The position numbers were made by a program, and so were the translations under genes. A stretch of 63,984 bases of DNA, filler included, from Asterionella formosa (Eukaryota), in the NCBI GenBank assembly GCA_002256025.1. It is 5 parts of 5 records of this genome, joined end to end, with 100 filler letters (N's around TTAATTAATTAA, not from the genome) between each part and the next. Parts side by side here need not be neighbours in the genome. Positions count along the whole stretch, not along the records: positions 40,580 to 53,980 come from NKIB01006725.1; 4 more parts are not named here. The stretch is one strand, 5' to 3'. The notes under the pieces were generated by a model. The model did no database searches and was not told the origin of the DNA. It was given only the letters and a program-made list of their open reading frames with translations. Positions 40,800 to 54,080 of this stretch are shown in pieces. The first letter of the stretch is position 1. Each line of letters begins with the position of its first letter.

Positions 40800-41552
40800 C
40801 ACTTATTATTCATTTGTTTCTCCAGATCACTGACTTGAATGTCTGGCAAAAGAGATACCAATTGCCATCCATCAACTTTTTACATTCCTTCCTTCTAACG
40901 TTAAGTTTAACATTGTCAACAAAAACGGATGCTCTCGGAATGGTGTTTCATTTGTTTATCAATAGCTAGGTGAACCAGCATCACTGAAAACTGCTAGGGC
41001 AACAAATAAACACCCTATGAGTTCTAATTCGATTGGATGCATGTTTAGGGAATTTTTACTCGGAAGTTGAAATTGAGGAGGAAGGGGCATTTCCATTGCA
41101 TTTTCAGGGAGAAAGCCAGCGTAATATTGGAAATCTGAATATTGCATGGTTTCTGCATTCAATCCTTGGAGATTTTTTGGTCTCAATTATTTGTCTTGTT
41201 GTGACTGATTATTGTCATAAACTGAATCATTGCTGTCGTCATGAAATGGATGATTGTGGCCACTTGATTCAAGGATAGGACAAATAATCTCTTCTTGCTG
41301 TCTACTCTCCCTAAATACTGCAGCAGTTACACTGACATTAACTTCTTTCCTTGAATGATTCGATGCACTACCGCAATACACAGTTTCATTATGTATTCCA
41401 GGAACTGGATGTTCTTGCATGCAATGTCGACATTGACCATATGCGTAAAAAACACGGTTGCTACAATTTCGATTGTTAGATTCAGATGGGGATTTGTTCT
41501 TCCGAAATTTGTAGTTACACAGATAACACCATTGCAATGTCCGCAAAGACAT
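40800..41552 (-). pseudogene. Internally deleted paralog of the Plavaka/CMC-like transposase N-terminus
   Basis: LQWCYLCNYKFRKNKSPS...CRHC, QFQLP..LNMHPIELEL and LFVALAVFSD match the copy at 49700-50821; the segment between HPIELEL and LFVAL is missing. Confidence 0.75.
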
Positions 41553-41649
41553 TGCAAATTTCAAATGATGACAAAGTAAGGATACAAACAGGATAGAATG
41601 AAAATGAATAAATAATTATAAATTTGCAATCATTTATTATGTAACTACT

Positions 41650-43000
41650 AAGTATGCATTGGATTCTATTAGATCCATTCAAAATCAATGTTGTCATCAA
41701 TGTCCCGTTGATTAATGCTGTCATTGTAATCAGAATTCTTCTCAGGAACATTTGGTTCAAGTGGTTCATCATATTAACATTTGGTTCAAGTATTTCAACA
41801 TATTGATGTATATCCTCTTCACTTACGTTGGGAAATGAGAAGTATAAATGTTGGTAGATAATATTTGTGGTGGAAGTAGCAATTCCATTCGTATTACTTT
41901 CATATTCAGATCGATTCTTTTGTGAAAGTCCAGTGTAGATTTCCTCATAGTAATCGAGTAAATCATCAGTCCATTGATCAGTGAGACCATTTGAAACTGA
42001 CTTTCTTCCCTCACACTTTTTTGATAAGTGGTTTCCCACCAATGTCGACAAAATCATTAGAATGACGAATATCGTTCTCTGAAATTTCATGCGTATCTGG
42101 ATTGAAACCTAAATATTTTGGTTTCAATTGGAATTTTCCTTTCAGCACCAAGAAGCAAAATACTTCTGTACTGGCATTGATCAGCGAACCAATAAAACAT
42201 GATTGCAATTCACACTGCGCCTGAAGACTTAGTTAGAATTTGGTCACACCAGATTTGTCTCCTGTTAAAAATGGTTCTCCATGGGTTGTCCTGCCTATAA
42301 AATACACTGGAGCAAGAACATCACGCCAGAATTGGTATCCTTAGCTTCCCCTCCTGTCAATGTCCTTTGACGGCGCAAAACGATAAAGAGTGAACGTCCA
42401 CCTAATAAGTCAATATCCATAGTCTGGAAGTTATTTTCTTTTAGACCAGCTGGGCGGTGTGTCATGAATAATGTTAGCATTTTAAAATTCAAACATATTT
42501 GATAAGAATATCATTATCAAATCAAAACATCATGCTTTCGGAGCATCTCCCTGCAAGAACTTACCCAAGATTCCTTTAAATTGATTATTCAATACATTCT
42601 GACATTCTCTTGCTCAACTTTTTAATGCACATGCCACCAAATGTTGATTTAACGTAATCAAAAACGTGCCTTGCTGGTACGTTCAATGGTCTGATTCATC
42701 GGAAGTAGTGCATCAGAACCATTCCATATGAAATCGGCAAGCTCTGGGTCACTCTCCAATTCTTTGCCTAACTCCGGTTTCACTGTGTATAGCCGAGTTA
42801 GGCAGGTCAACATTGGGCAAACCGATCCTGCTTGTGATTGGAAATGCCTTTCATACTGCTTGGACTAGATAGGGCGGGATGTTTGATTCTCTTTTGAGAC
42901 CAGGAAAAATCACATTAGATTGATATTCTGTTTTACAATACCTGCAATTCATGAACTATAACATCAAACTTACATGTTCACAGCAAAACTTCTTGGTCTT
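41650..43000 (-). pseudogene. Decayed accessory 'ORF-X', paralog of 45408-47302
   Basis: LQSCFIGSLINASTEVFCFLVLKGKF, DFVDIGGKPLIKK and GLTDQWTD match the copy at 46600-47040. Confidence 0.7.
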
Positions 43001-45407
43001 GAAAATAAAGCTCACAACCTTTGTGACAATTGATGGATTGGTTCAATTTTTGCTGAGCGGGAATTACGTTCTGATAAGGCTGCTGAAATAGAAGTTTCTT
43101 GATAGACTCGTATGGACAAGCAAGTTTTCAACCGAATTACGACACACCTTTGTAGTGATTGAGTTGATTGACCAATTGATAATATCCTTTGGCAAGTGCA
43201 AAATGTTTTTCCCTCAGTTTTTCATGTACTTGTTGGTACATGCGATTAGAAAATTTATGATATTGTACCAGTCGTCGTCTGCAAATAAAAAGTATTGTAC
43301 ATATAAGATCAGGGGTACTGTACGATAACTGGCACAGAATTTTTCTGTGCATGATAGGTATTTTGTTATTTGTGTTACAGGTACATACTTTATATATGAA
43401 TATTTGATAAGCATGTTTAAACTTATAATACTTGATCAGTTTGTTCTAATATTGATCCATATTGACTCTTAACGGTAACCCTTAAGTAATCATACAAATA
43501 CAGTAAATGAGTAACAACAACTCAAGTCGAAATCACTACTTCTCTTTGAATTTCAATTGCTCTTCTCATGACCATGAATTACTAATTGTATTTACAAGAC
43601 CATCATCGATTTACCTTAGCTACATCCTATATTGTGTATTTGTTCATCTTATAGCCATATTCGTATCTCTATGAAGTATTTATCCAAAATATGTGGAAAC
43701 GGATTGTAATTTAACTACTTAATTTAGAATTGTTTCAATCTACTATCTATATAAACAGTTATCTCACACCATCTCAATCCTGTTCATTCTCTTGTCTGCT
43801 GCTTCCCTGCTACCCCGTTTCTGACATATCTGTAACTGCCCACTTCTTCCTTTCCCTTGTACTTGTCTGATTCCGAAGGATAAACTGATGTCGCTGATAG
43901 AGGCGGGTTGCCTCTCCTCATTCCCTTCTTCTCCATATCAGAGCTTTCCTTCATTATTAGTATTCATGTTAATGTTGTAACAACTGCGAAGCCAATACAT
44001 GTTAGTCATATTATTTTTATGCAACAACATGCAGTTCCATTCTATTTTCACTTACCATGAATAGATGTATTCCGTCACACAGGTTTTTCCATCACAATGT
44101 GTCCAACGATCCATTTCGATTGTTCACTGTACTAACTAATGGGAAGGAATTGTGTGTTAGGCTTGTCTTGTCTAGCTTTTAATACAACAGCCAGGTCCAA
44201 TCATGACGGTATGGTCAGCATTTACCGCATCAATGATACAAATCCATGTTCAGTTTCCATATTCCTCAATAAATCGTGAAGACATTGATGTTCAGAACTT
44301 CCATATACTCTTTGTATACAATTTACCCTGATAGATATAAAAGGATGTATTACTTATGTTCTAACGGGTGATACTTGTGAGCATTGATCCAACGACAGCA
44401 GCACTTACCGCGACCATCATTTCTTCACATTGAATTTGTCCCCGAAAGTATGCATATACAGGTAAGCAAATAAACACTGGAAGAGAATTTACGCATTGAG
44501 TTACTGTCAACCCAACAATTGAATATTCTGACATATTCATGCACACACGAGTCCCAATATATTTGAGCCAACCATATATGTTTTATTTAAATCTATGTTT
44601 GAATATTTCAAACACCCATGTACCGGTACTGTCGTACACATAGATCTGAATATCATCAATATTACCGATACTTAATTTGATTTTATGAAATGTTGTTTCA
44701 TTTGTTTTGAATTTAGTCTGTAAAAATTTCAGTAAGTGATATTAGAATACATACAATGCTGTATGAGTTCATTATTTACCATGACCTAATATAGAATATA
44801 AATATAGGCTGTACGACAATCCGGTATGGAGTAATAGTTAATGATATAATTAAGCCCCATCATGGATGTGACATAGTATACGTAAAAAAGGGTTAGGGTT
44901 AGAATGCGACGTATGAATACGTTGTACAAAATTTGGCGTAAAATGATCTTACGATTAGTTGTTTATGATCTTAATTTTAGTGTTTGTGTTATCGTGGTGT
45001 ACAGTAATACATTTTAAAACATGCATTGTTGTAAATAGGGGCCCTATTTCATCTACATCTATCATGTTCACATGTAAGGACTGCTAGGAGTACGTAGTAA
45101 CAAGGTCCGGTACGGTAGTTATGAACAACTGTTCACATCTTGTTGAAGGACATGATATAATGATGTACGTATCTGGAGTTATGATATCTTTCCAGTTGTG
45201 TACATATATATATATATATAATTATATATATTAATATAGGCACACCTTCTTTATATCCATAAGTGTGTAAGTAGCCACCGGTATGTTATTTGTTCATCCC
45301 AACAGTACTTGTAAGAGCATTTATATTCGATCTCCTATTTCCCTTAATTTTTAGCGACACTTCATCATGTGCTTCTTGTCAATCCTCACCACTCCTGTTA
45401 AGCAATC

Positions 45408-47302
45408 ATGCCTCCAAAACCAGTGACTACAAAACCAGTGCGAGATGCGGCAGTTGCAAGGAGAGTGCCGGATTTGGCTCCAAAGCGAGTGATTGCTGAT
45501 TTTGGAACCTTTCCTACCAGTTATTTTAATAAAAGGAAAAAGCAGTATACTGTTCATGACGCCTTTGGTGGTGCCACACCTTCCACTCCGTACATTCCAA
45601 CAAATGTAAATCCTTGGGATACTACAAAAACTCGTTTCAATCGTTCTATTCCTGTAGATTCTGTCTTGAATTCTGCCAGTGAGAATGAAGATGATGATTC
45701 ACTCAATTCCGGTTCAAGAAATGTTGCTGCTATTGAGACTACCCATAATATTTTACCCTACATTTGTTTTTGAAAAGCTTTGCAATCGAAGTGATCAGGT
45801 GAAGTATGACAAACTCAAAGATGAGCACATCAGTCTTCAAGAAATCCACAACAACCTCAAAGATGAGCACACCAGTCTTCAAGAAATCCACAATGACCTT
45901 GTTCATTCTAACTATTAAATCTCATCTGACCTGAATCACTAAAAAAGGCAACATTCAGTTCAAGTTTCATCCTTACGTGGTTATGAAGATTCATCCGCTT
46001 TTGCAGCAAATTCAGCACGACGTTTGTTTTTAGCGAAAATGGATCCCTCTGTTATCGCAAAAGTTGTTTGTTATATTTTCAAAACCAAGAAATTTTGCTG
46101 TGAACAGGTATTAAGTGATGAATTGCTATACATCAGACTTACTATGGATGTTTTTTACTAAAAGGATGTCACTTAAACCTATTTTTGCATTGCCCAAAAA
46201 GGCTATAAAGCACCCAGCCATATCTGTAAGTTGCAACTCCATAGGCATATCGAATGTGAATGCAGATTGGTGAGAGTGATCCTGAACTTTCGAACTATAT
46301 GTGGAATGGAAGTGATGCACAACTTCCAGATAAGTATAGAATGTAACGTACAAACAAAGCACATTTATAATATATCAACTCTACATTTGTAGGTATGTGC
46401 ATTAATAAAATGCGAGAACGACAAAATAAATTCAACAATCATTTTAAATCGATTTTAAGTAAGTCAATCGTGATGTTTTGTTCTACTGTTAAAACATTTT
46501 AATTTTTCTACTTCTATGTTCTAAACATTTTCGTGTCTTAGTTGGTGTTACAGAAGATTACTTCAACAAGCTTGGTCCATCGGAGTTTATTGGTTGGGCA
46601 TGCAAGTTGTATGCATTTGCTCAAGCAAGTTTCATTGATAGAGCAAGCAATTCCTATCACCCATGGATTGATGTTCTTGCTCGAGTTCATTTTATAGGTA
46701 GGGTCAGCCGTGGCGATCCCTATCTTATAGGAGAGAAAATTGGGGAAATTAAATTCCTTCTGAGTGATCGAGCTAAATGTGAATTACAATCAAGGTTTGT
46801 TGGTTCGGTTATTAATGCTTCGACAGAAGCATTTTGTTCCCTTGTATTAAAAGGGAAATTCCGATTACAACCTGGATGGATTAATTTTAATCCTTCCTCT
46901 TATTAAACTCAAGACCAATTACCTCGTTTCTGGCAGGATGTTGTTGATATCGGTGGAAAACGACTTTTAAAGAAAAGTACGACAGAGCAAAGTTCAGTGT
47001 CAGGAGGTCTCACTGATCAATGGACTGATGTCTTATTGGAATAATTTCAATAATTGTGTGGTGATCTTGAACAGGATAATCGATCTGTACAAGCAATGAA
47101 CCGTAATGGATTGGTCAGTAAAGCACCTCCAAGTCACTTTCTAAACAGATGTTTTTCTTTCCCTAAAATCCCAGAAGAGCAAATGAAGAAATATGGTGGA
47201 GATGAACTTCGACAAGATGATGTTGCTGGTAGTAGCATCAATTTACGACATGGTGAAAATCGTCAGATCATGACTGACGATGAAGATATTGAATGGGAGT
47301 AA
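45408..47302 (+). pseudogene. Decayed accessory 'ORF-X' of the large transposon, with coiled-coil repeat; function unknown
   Basis: MPPKPVTT start; 42-bp repeat; HPWIDVLARVHFIGR...CELQSRFVGSVINASTEAFCSLVLKGKF; DIGGKRLLKK; GGLTDQWTD; stops and frameshifts. Confidence 0.65.
45814..45897 (+). repeat. 2 x 42 bp coding tandem repeat (LKDEH(I/T)SLQEIHN(N/D))
   Basis: CTCAAAGATGAGCACA.CAGTCTTCAAGAAATCCACAA at 45814 and 45856. Confidence 0.95.
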
Positions 47303-47377
47303 TAACTGTTAGTGTAAATATTAATCATTGATCTAATTTATATTTACAGCTAGCTAATTTATATTTACATCTAGCTA

Positions 47378-50300
47378 TCATCGTTCACTAGACATTTTTT
47401 GTTCCCACCCAATTGATTTCCATAAATGCCGTGCAGGTAGGGAAACATAGTAATTATCTTTTTCTAATTGCTCCAATACCTCCTTGGGCTTCACTGGTTT
47501 CCTGGATTGCATACAACCTTCTTGAGGTTTTAAGGCAAGCACAACAAATGCAGCGGACAGAATGTTGTTAAACTCAAGCACACTCAGTTCAGTTGTATCG
47601 TTGCATATAGTGTCGCCTTTTGCAAAAAAAATACGTTTATGAGCTTCCATTTCGGATGAACTTTTCAAGGAACGTATAAAGGCTAAAAGAATGGTGGTAT
47701 CATTCGAGAAAATTACATTTCCCCAAAGAAATAATTTTCCAGGAACAGTATAAGACTTTGACCCATCCCACTTCTCCCAGTTCACTTCAATACAATCAAA
47801 CCATTCCCGACCAGAGATCCCAGCTTTTGAATCATTATTCCATTTCGGATGTCATCCCTGCTTTGTTCAGGAGCATTGACGTGAATTTTGACATAGAAGT
47901 GAAAATCAATCCTAATTACAGTCACAGATTTCCCTTCATTTTCAATTACACTTTTCGCTCTTTCCACCGCTGAATCGGTTATGTTTTTAACATGGATAGC
48001 ACCGTGTCGTAAATCTGGATGAAATAACTGAGAGAATGGTGTTCTCAACATTCCACGTGACGACAAAGGTTGTTGTAAATTTGTTAAAGAAACACCAGAA
48101 ATATTCCATTGACCATTTATGGCTAGTGCAAAAAAGTGATGTTTAAATCTTGGTATTTCTTGCTTCCTTGTTGGAAGGGGAAGAAAATACTTTCATTTTT
48201 GCATCCAAAGAGATAGTAATTTCTAAGCCATCATTCAATACATCCTGTTCGGAATAGTTATCAAATACAATTTTGCATGCCAGGGAAAATTGTCTTGTTT
48301 CATAGTATTGTATCAAAAGATCATGCTTCAGACGATGAACTTGTCCGTTTACGCGTTTACTGAAACGTTTCAATTTATTTTTCAGAAAAGATTCCAAATG
48401 GCCACCGAAAAATTAAGAGGTGAACCAAATTTTTGAATCAAATGAGGATAATGTTTCATGCCATGGAACTTTGTCATTCTTAATCCAATTTGAGATACCA
48501 TCTCCCTCTGAGGACCAACCAGTGTCTTTGTGACAGACATGAACCTATTTATTCTTTCTTTCAAAGTTATCACACAAGTTTCAGTAAATTGCGGAAGGAA
48601 TAAACTGTCATTTTTTGGAAATACCCAACCATAATAGCAATGTGAAGTCTTTTTCAAGGTCGGTATTCTCAGGACCTAACATTCCTCCCCTTTAGAAATT
48701 GTTAGCAAACATAGACCAGGGATTTCTTGGCCAGACATCTTGGATAATAAGGTCAATCCTGATCGATACAATAGTCTTGGTATATTACGATCACTTTGTC
48801 TCTCCAGGTGGCTATTAATGTATCTAGCATTTTTTTCAAATTGAAGTTTTGCAGACACATTTCTTGTACTAGAACATGTAGGTGGTCGTAACTTTTGCCA
48901 GTGAAGGAACTTTTAAAAATTGGTTCTTATCTCAATTCTTGTTATGGTTGGTCAAGATCAGTCAGGTCTACTGGAGGTAAACCCGTCTCGTTCGCCTCAG
49001 AGTACCTGTTTGGTACTTCTGAACAACTCCTTTTCTTAAAAAAGGATTCCCAATCTTTAGGAATAGTTCGATAATTATATAATAATGACTCCAAAATGTA
49101 CTTCAATAGGCCAAGTAACCGTTGATGGAGCACCTCGAACGGTGTTGCACCAAATACTCCTTCTGGATCACCGCCAAGGTAATGCGTCATCAATGCCGGG
49201 ATGATTGGATTATGGGAAATGACGCGGTACCACTCATTTCGTGTTGCGAACTGACTATTATTCTGAGTCATACCAAAACATGTTGGTATAGGTGGTAATT
49301 TTCCATCTGGATAAGTTTCTTTATCCAAATATTGCTTCAGAAATTTAAATGCATCGCCAACTTCTCGCAGTTCACATTCTATATCCGGATTATCAGTGTC
49401 TTCTTTACGTACAGTGCAATCTCAGCAAACATGTTGTCGATATAATCCATTGCCTCCACGGAAACCGCAAATTTTATTATGTTCCTCTGTATCTCCAACT
49501 ACCATTCCAATTTGGAAATAAACTTTTGTATACCCCAGACCATGCACCCAAATATCATAGAATTTGTTTGGATCTTGAAAAGGTTCTAATAAAAATCCAG
49601 TAACACCATGATATGACTTCAGTTGAGAAAGAGAGATGTCATTACCTGACTTCTTAGTGTCCATTTTTTCTCCAAGTCACTAGCTTCGATATCTAGTAAT
49701 AATGACACGAGTTGCCACGCACGCATCAACTTTCTTCCTTCCTTCCAACGTTAAGTTTAAGATTGTTAGTAAGAATGGATGTTCTGAGTGCTTCATTTGT
49801 TTATCAACAGGTGAACCATCACTTAAGACAGTCAATGCCACAAACAAATGCCCAGGCTTTAAAACTCTGTTTTCCGTAGCTTTTGAATTGTTGAATGCAT
49901 TTTCAAACCAAGTAGCAGAGGTAACTTCGTCATATATTCGTTTTCCGCAGTTTTTAAGCTTCCTTTATGTATGACATACAAAATGTTCCATGATGTCAGG
50001 ATCACGTAACAACGATGACATGAGTTGTACTGGTTCAAAGTAATGTAATGTCCGTGGAATTATAGAGAGTATTCCATTATTCTCAAGAAGAATTTCTTTT
50101 TTCAACAGTTCACCACCTGTTAACCTTGGCGGAAATGAATCATCCATTTTTTTCAAAGTTTGATAGGAAGGAGCTTGATTCTTTCCATGACAATATTTCA
50201 TTCTCTGTGATTTGAATAACCATTTCATAAGATGATCGAAGTACATTGGTGGTAGATAGTTCTTGTTCAGGAATAACATGAGTTCTAATTCGATTGGATG

Positions 50301-50821
50301 CATGTTTAGTAAATTTTTTTGGGAAGTTGAAATTGAACAGGTCGAGGAATTTTCATAGATTCTTTGGAAATGAACCCACTTCGATCTTGGTACTCAGGAT
50401 AATGCATAGTATCATTATCCAACCCAATAATTTCTGATAATTCTGTTTCCTCTCTACCTTGCCTTGATGTATTTGCAGTCAATGAGATACTTTCGTCATA
50501 GAATGGAAATAACAAATTCTGATCATCTAATTGTGAAAGAGATTCTTCCGTATGCAAACTATCAAAAATAAGAACGTTAGGAAATGAGGAAGAGACACCT
50601 GACTTTCCTGTTTCATTTAAATCACTTGATAGTTTACCACCACAATACATAGTTTGATTGCAAATTCCAGAAATGCGGTGTTCTTCCAAGCAGAGATTGC
50701 ACAAACCAAAATCATAAAATTGTCGATTGTTGCAGTTTCGATTGTGAAAGTCAGAGGGAGATTTCTTCTTCCGAAATTTATAGTTGCATACCAAGCACCA
50801 GTTTAAGGTTTGTAATGCCAT
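47378..50821 (-). mobile_element. Large Plavaka/CMC(EnSpm)-like DDE transposase pseudogene with N-terminal Cys-rich domain
   Basis: Collinear motifs SSLLRDP, YDEVTSATWF, VLSDGS, HPFLLTILN, VVGDTEEHNKICG, TPFEVLH...LGLLKY, RQSDRNIPR, TKFH...IQKFGSPLNF, HLESFLK; many frameshifts. Confidence 0.72.
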
Positions 50822-51024
50822 TGTTTGGGCAAAAAGGCAAAACAAAAATAGAGTAGAGGGATCGATTTGTGGGCAGCGGTATGAATAGAAATGAATGTAA
50901 CGAAATGTCCAAGTATCGCTGTTTCGTCAATAAATACCGAATACCGGTATATACATGTATATTCAATAATGTGTCATGCAGTACATAGTACAAAGCACTG
51001 CAACCTTATTATGCAACACTAACC

Positions 51025-52400
51025 TTAAAAGTTTAGCTTATCTCTAATCTGCAAGGCGTTTTCAAATCCATTGACAATGAGAGCAAATTTCTCTTTGATA
51101 GCAACATCACTTGAGAGTTCAGATGATACTGACTCCCAATTGAAAAGGGAAATTTCAATTGTGGCATCACCACGGTGATGGTAGGCGTCAACTTCCTTTT
51201 CATTCAAGAAATCGCAAGGGGTTTTTCCAAATGTTTCATTCAACATTTTCAAGTCAATAAAACTATTCTGCACAACTTTCTTTATGCAGAAGGCAACTAC
51301 AGCTTTTTCCATTTTCACCTTTTCCTTCTTGGTAAGAACCTTCAATGATTTTTTAGACAAAACGGTTCCAAGGCCAAAAAAATTATCTATCTTCTTGACA
51401 TGAGGTACTTTCGACGGAAAGCCCAAATGATCTGATGATACTACCATGCCGTCCAACTGCTTCCAATTGCAGTTCTCTAGACGAAATTGAGCCCGACATC
51501 CAAAAAATTTGGTTTCACAATTTCTTTCCAATTGAAGTAGACTTTCTAAAAATTTCACAACAGTGAATGGTCCACAGGACCATCCAGTATCACCTTCTGG
51601 ATGGTATATTAGTGAGTCATAAGAAGTTGCCATAAAAACTTGCAATGGAGTTTTTTAGAATGATAGAAACTCTCACTCTGAATGACCTGTTGTGGCTTAT
51701 AAGCATCGCTCGGAAGGTAGGCATCCCATGATGCCATTTCTTTTACCCTTTTACATCCAGGGATGATGCAATATTTACGGGCAAGGTGAAACACTTGATC
51801 GAGATGTTCTTGGACTGTGGCTGCTTCTGCTAGATCGCGGATTTGACATATCCCTTCCTTGAGACCAAATATGTAATGAACAAAATGATTATTTCCACAA
51901 GATGATCTCTTGCAGTACACTATAATCACGTAGGTACACTCAATATAAAACGGGTGACAATTGCCACTATAAAAAAAAAGTGTCCACCACAATCCATTTG
52001 TGGATTGTCATCAACATCCACAATAACACTCTCATTGGTTGGATGGAGTTCATGAGTTATGAATTGAATGAGATTTTGAATTGTTTGAAAATCCCAATAT
52101 GCAAGAGATTTAAACTCCTCAATTTCTTTTTTGAAATGTAACAAGTTATAAGTCTTTGCAGCATAAGTACAGACTTCTTGGGAAGTTCAAGAATATAGTT
52201 CTTCCCATCGCTCGAATTGTTGCTTCGTTTTGGGAATGTTCATGTACATGAAGGTTCGAATGGGATGATATTGGGCCGAGATTTTCAGCATCAACATCCA
52301 CTTCTACTTTCTCAATTGAATTAGGTGATGAACCTCTGTTTACCTGTTTCCTCAATCATCCAATCTTGCAGACAATATTCAATATCCTCTGGATTATAAT
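51025..52400 (-). pseudogene. Decayed ORF upstream of the transposase, possibly an Ulp1/C48-like cysteine protease
   Basis: Ordered His (NNHFVHYIF), Asp (QIRD) and Cys (GDTGWSCGPF) motifs across a frameshift. Confidence 0.42.
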
Positions 52401-53980
52401 TTTAATACATGATATACAATTGATTCTCAATCAACAAACATCCGTTAAAATTTCCCTATATCAGTTTTCATGATGTACATTTAATATGTTTTATGAAGAA
52501 TCCAGGAGATACTTGGCGTATTGCTATTCCTAAATCACTATTGGATCCTATTATTAATTGGTATCATCAGATGTTAAGTCATGTGGGTATGACAAAATTA
52601 AATGCTCCAATTGCTACACATTTTTTCATCCTACATTAAAAGCTAAAGTGAAACATATTGTAAGCATGTGTGAAGCATGTCAAAACGTACAAAATTACCT
52701 GGTGCTGGCTTTTGGTGAGATTCCACCAAGGAATGCATTGTTATTACAATGGTGTGCTATATAATTATTTTCATACCCTGTTGGTTTTACTGCTGGCTGG
52801 TACCAGCCAGGTAGCTGTTGGCTGCCCGGTATAAATCCATGGGTTGTTCAACATATAAATGTATTGGTCATACATATTTCCACCATACTGTGCCTGTTCA
52901 CTATTGAATGACTTTGCTTAGCTGGGGCACGTTGCTTGTAATATTTCTCTGCTATATATCAGAACTCAATAATGAGAGAACTCGACAAACCCTTACTATT
53001 GTATACTTTGGTTTCGAATTAGAGAAGGATGAGTTGCACACAGGAGGTGTGGCTCTCACAGCAGTCGCTTTTGAAAAAGTTCAGCAAAGCCAAGGCTCAT
53101 CGCACTCATGCTAAAAAGAATCCACAATGACAATGACAAATGATACAAGGCGTGAATTTATGCCTCGAGCATGAGCACAATCACGATGATGACGACTTAG
53201 GAGCAGGAGGAATGGATTGGGATGATTGTTTTGCGATTTTATTGGAAGATAGGATTACTACAATATTGGATTTACCATACCGGTGCCCGTACTGAAAGTA
53301 GTACCACCAGTAAGACTATAATAATGGTGAGCGACAATCTGGTTCATACTGATGTTCATCACTGTATAATACTAGTGTAAAGTGTTTCTGACTTAGTATA
53401 TAATAACCAGGTTATTAATACTGCTTTACTACAATAACCGTGGTTATTTGTCATCAAGTCTGACTTGGTGGCGTCAGACTTTGGACTCAAGTCCAGACTT
53501 GGTATAAATAACTATTAAGCTCATATGCTCAACAAATACTACTACTTCTAGATTGGTACTTCACCAGGTACCTGGTACCAGGTACCGACGGCATCATCTT
53601 TCTTTGGTTCAACACACCTTGCTTTCGTACAGTTTGTGTACTTACGTGGCAGCAGTTAAGTAAATTGGTGGTTGCTGGCTTGCTGACATCATCCTTCTAT
53701 TTTGACATCATTTGTTCAATTCTCATGAGGTACCAGGTACCAGGTAGGTCTACCGATAGACAGAAGTTGTGTCATACATGAGAACACACTGACAGCATCC
53801 ATACGTCATCCTTCTGTTTTCATTTCACTACCTCGTACCATGTGAAGAGCACGTTGATTTCTATGACGAGTGAATGACATCATCAAATTGAAGAAGAACT
53901 ACCCGTATGATAACTCAAAATTTATTTGGAAGAACATCATCATATTATACTCTCACAAATTGCAGACTGTCGTGCGGTTT

Positions 53981-54080
53981 NNNNNNNNNNNNNNNNNNNN
54001 NNNNNNNNNNNNNNNNNNNNNNNNTTAATTAATTAANNNNNNNNNNNNNNNNNNNNNNNNNNNNNNNNNNNNNNNNNNNN
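53981..54080. other. Assembly gap pad
   Basis: N-run with TTAATTAATTAA linker. Confidence 0.97.

Noticed and set aside
44888..44902. AGGGTTAGGGTTAG telomere-like repeat, with a weak inverted counterpart near 43470
   Set aside because: Only about two units; too short to call an interstitial telomere or TIR
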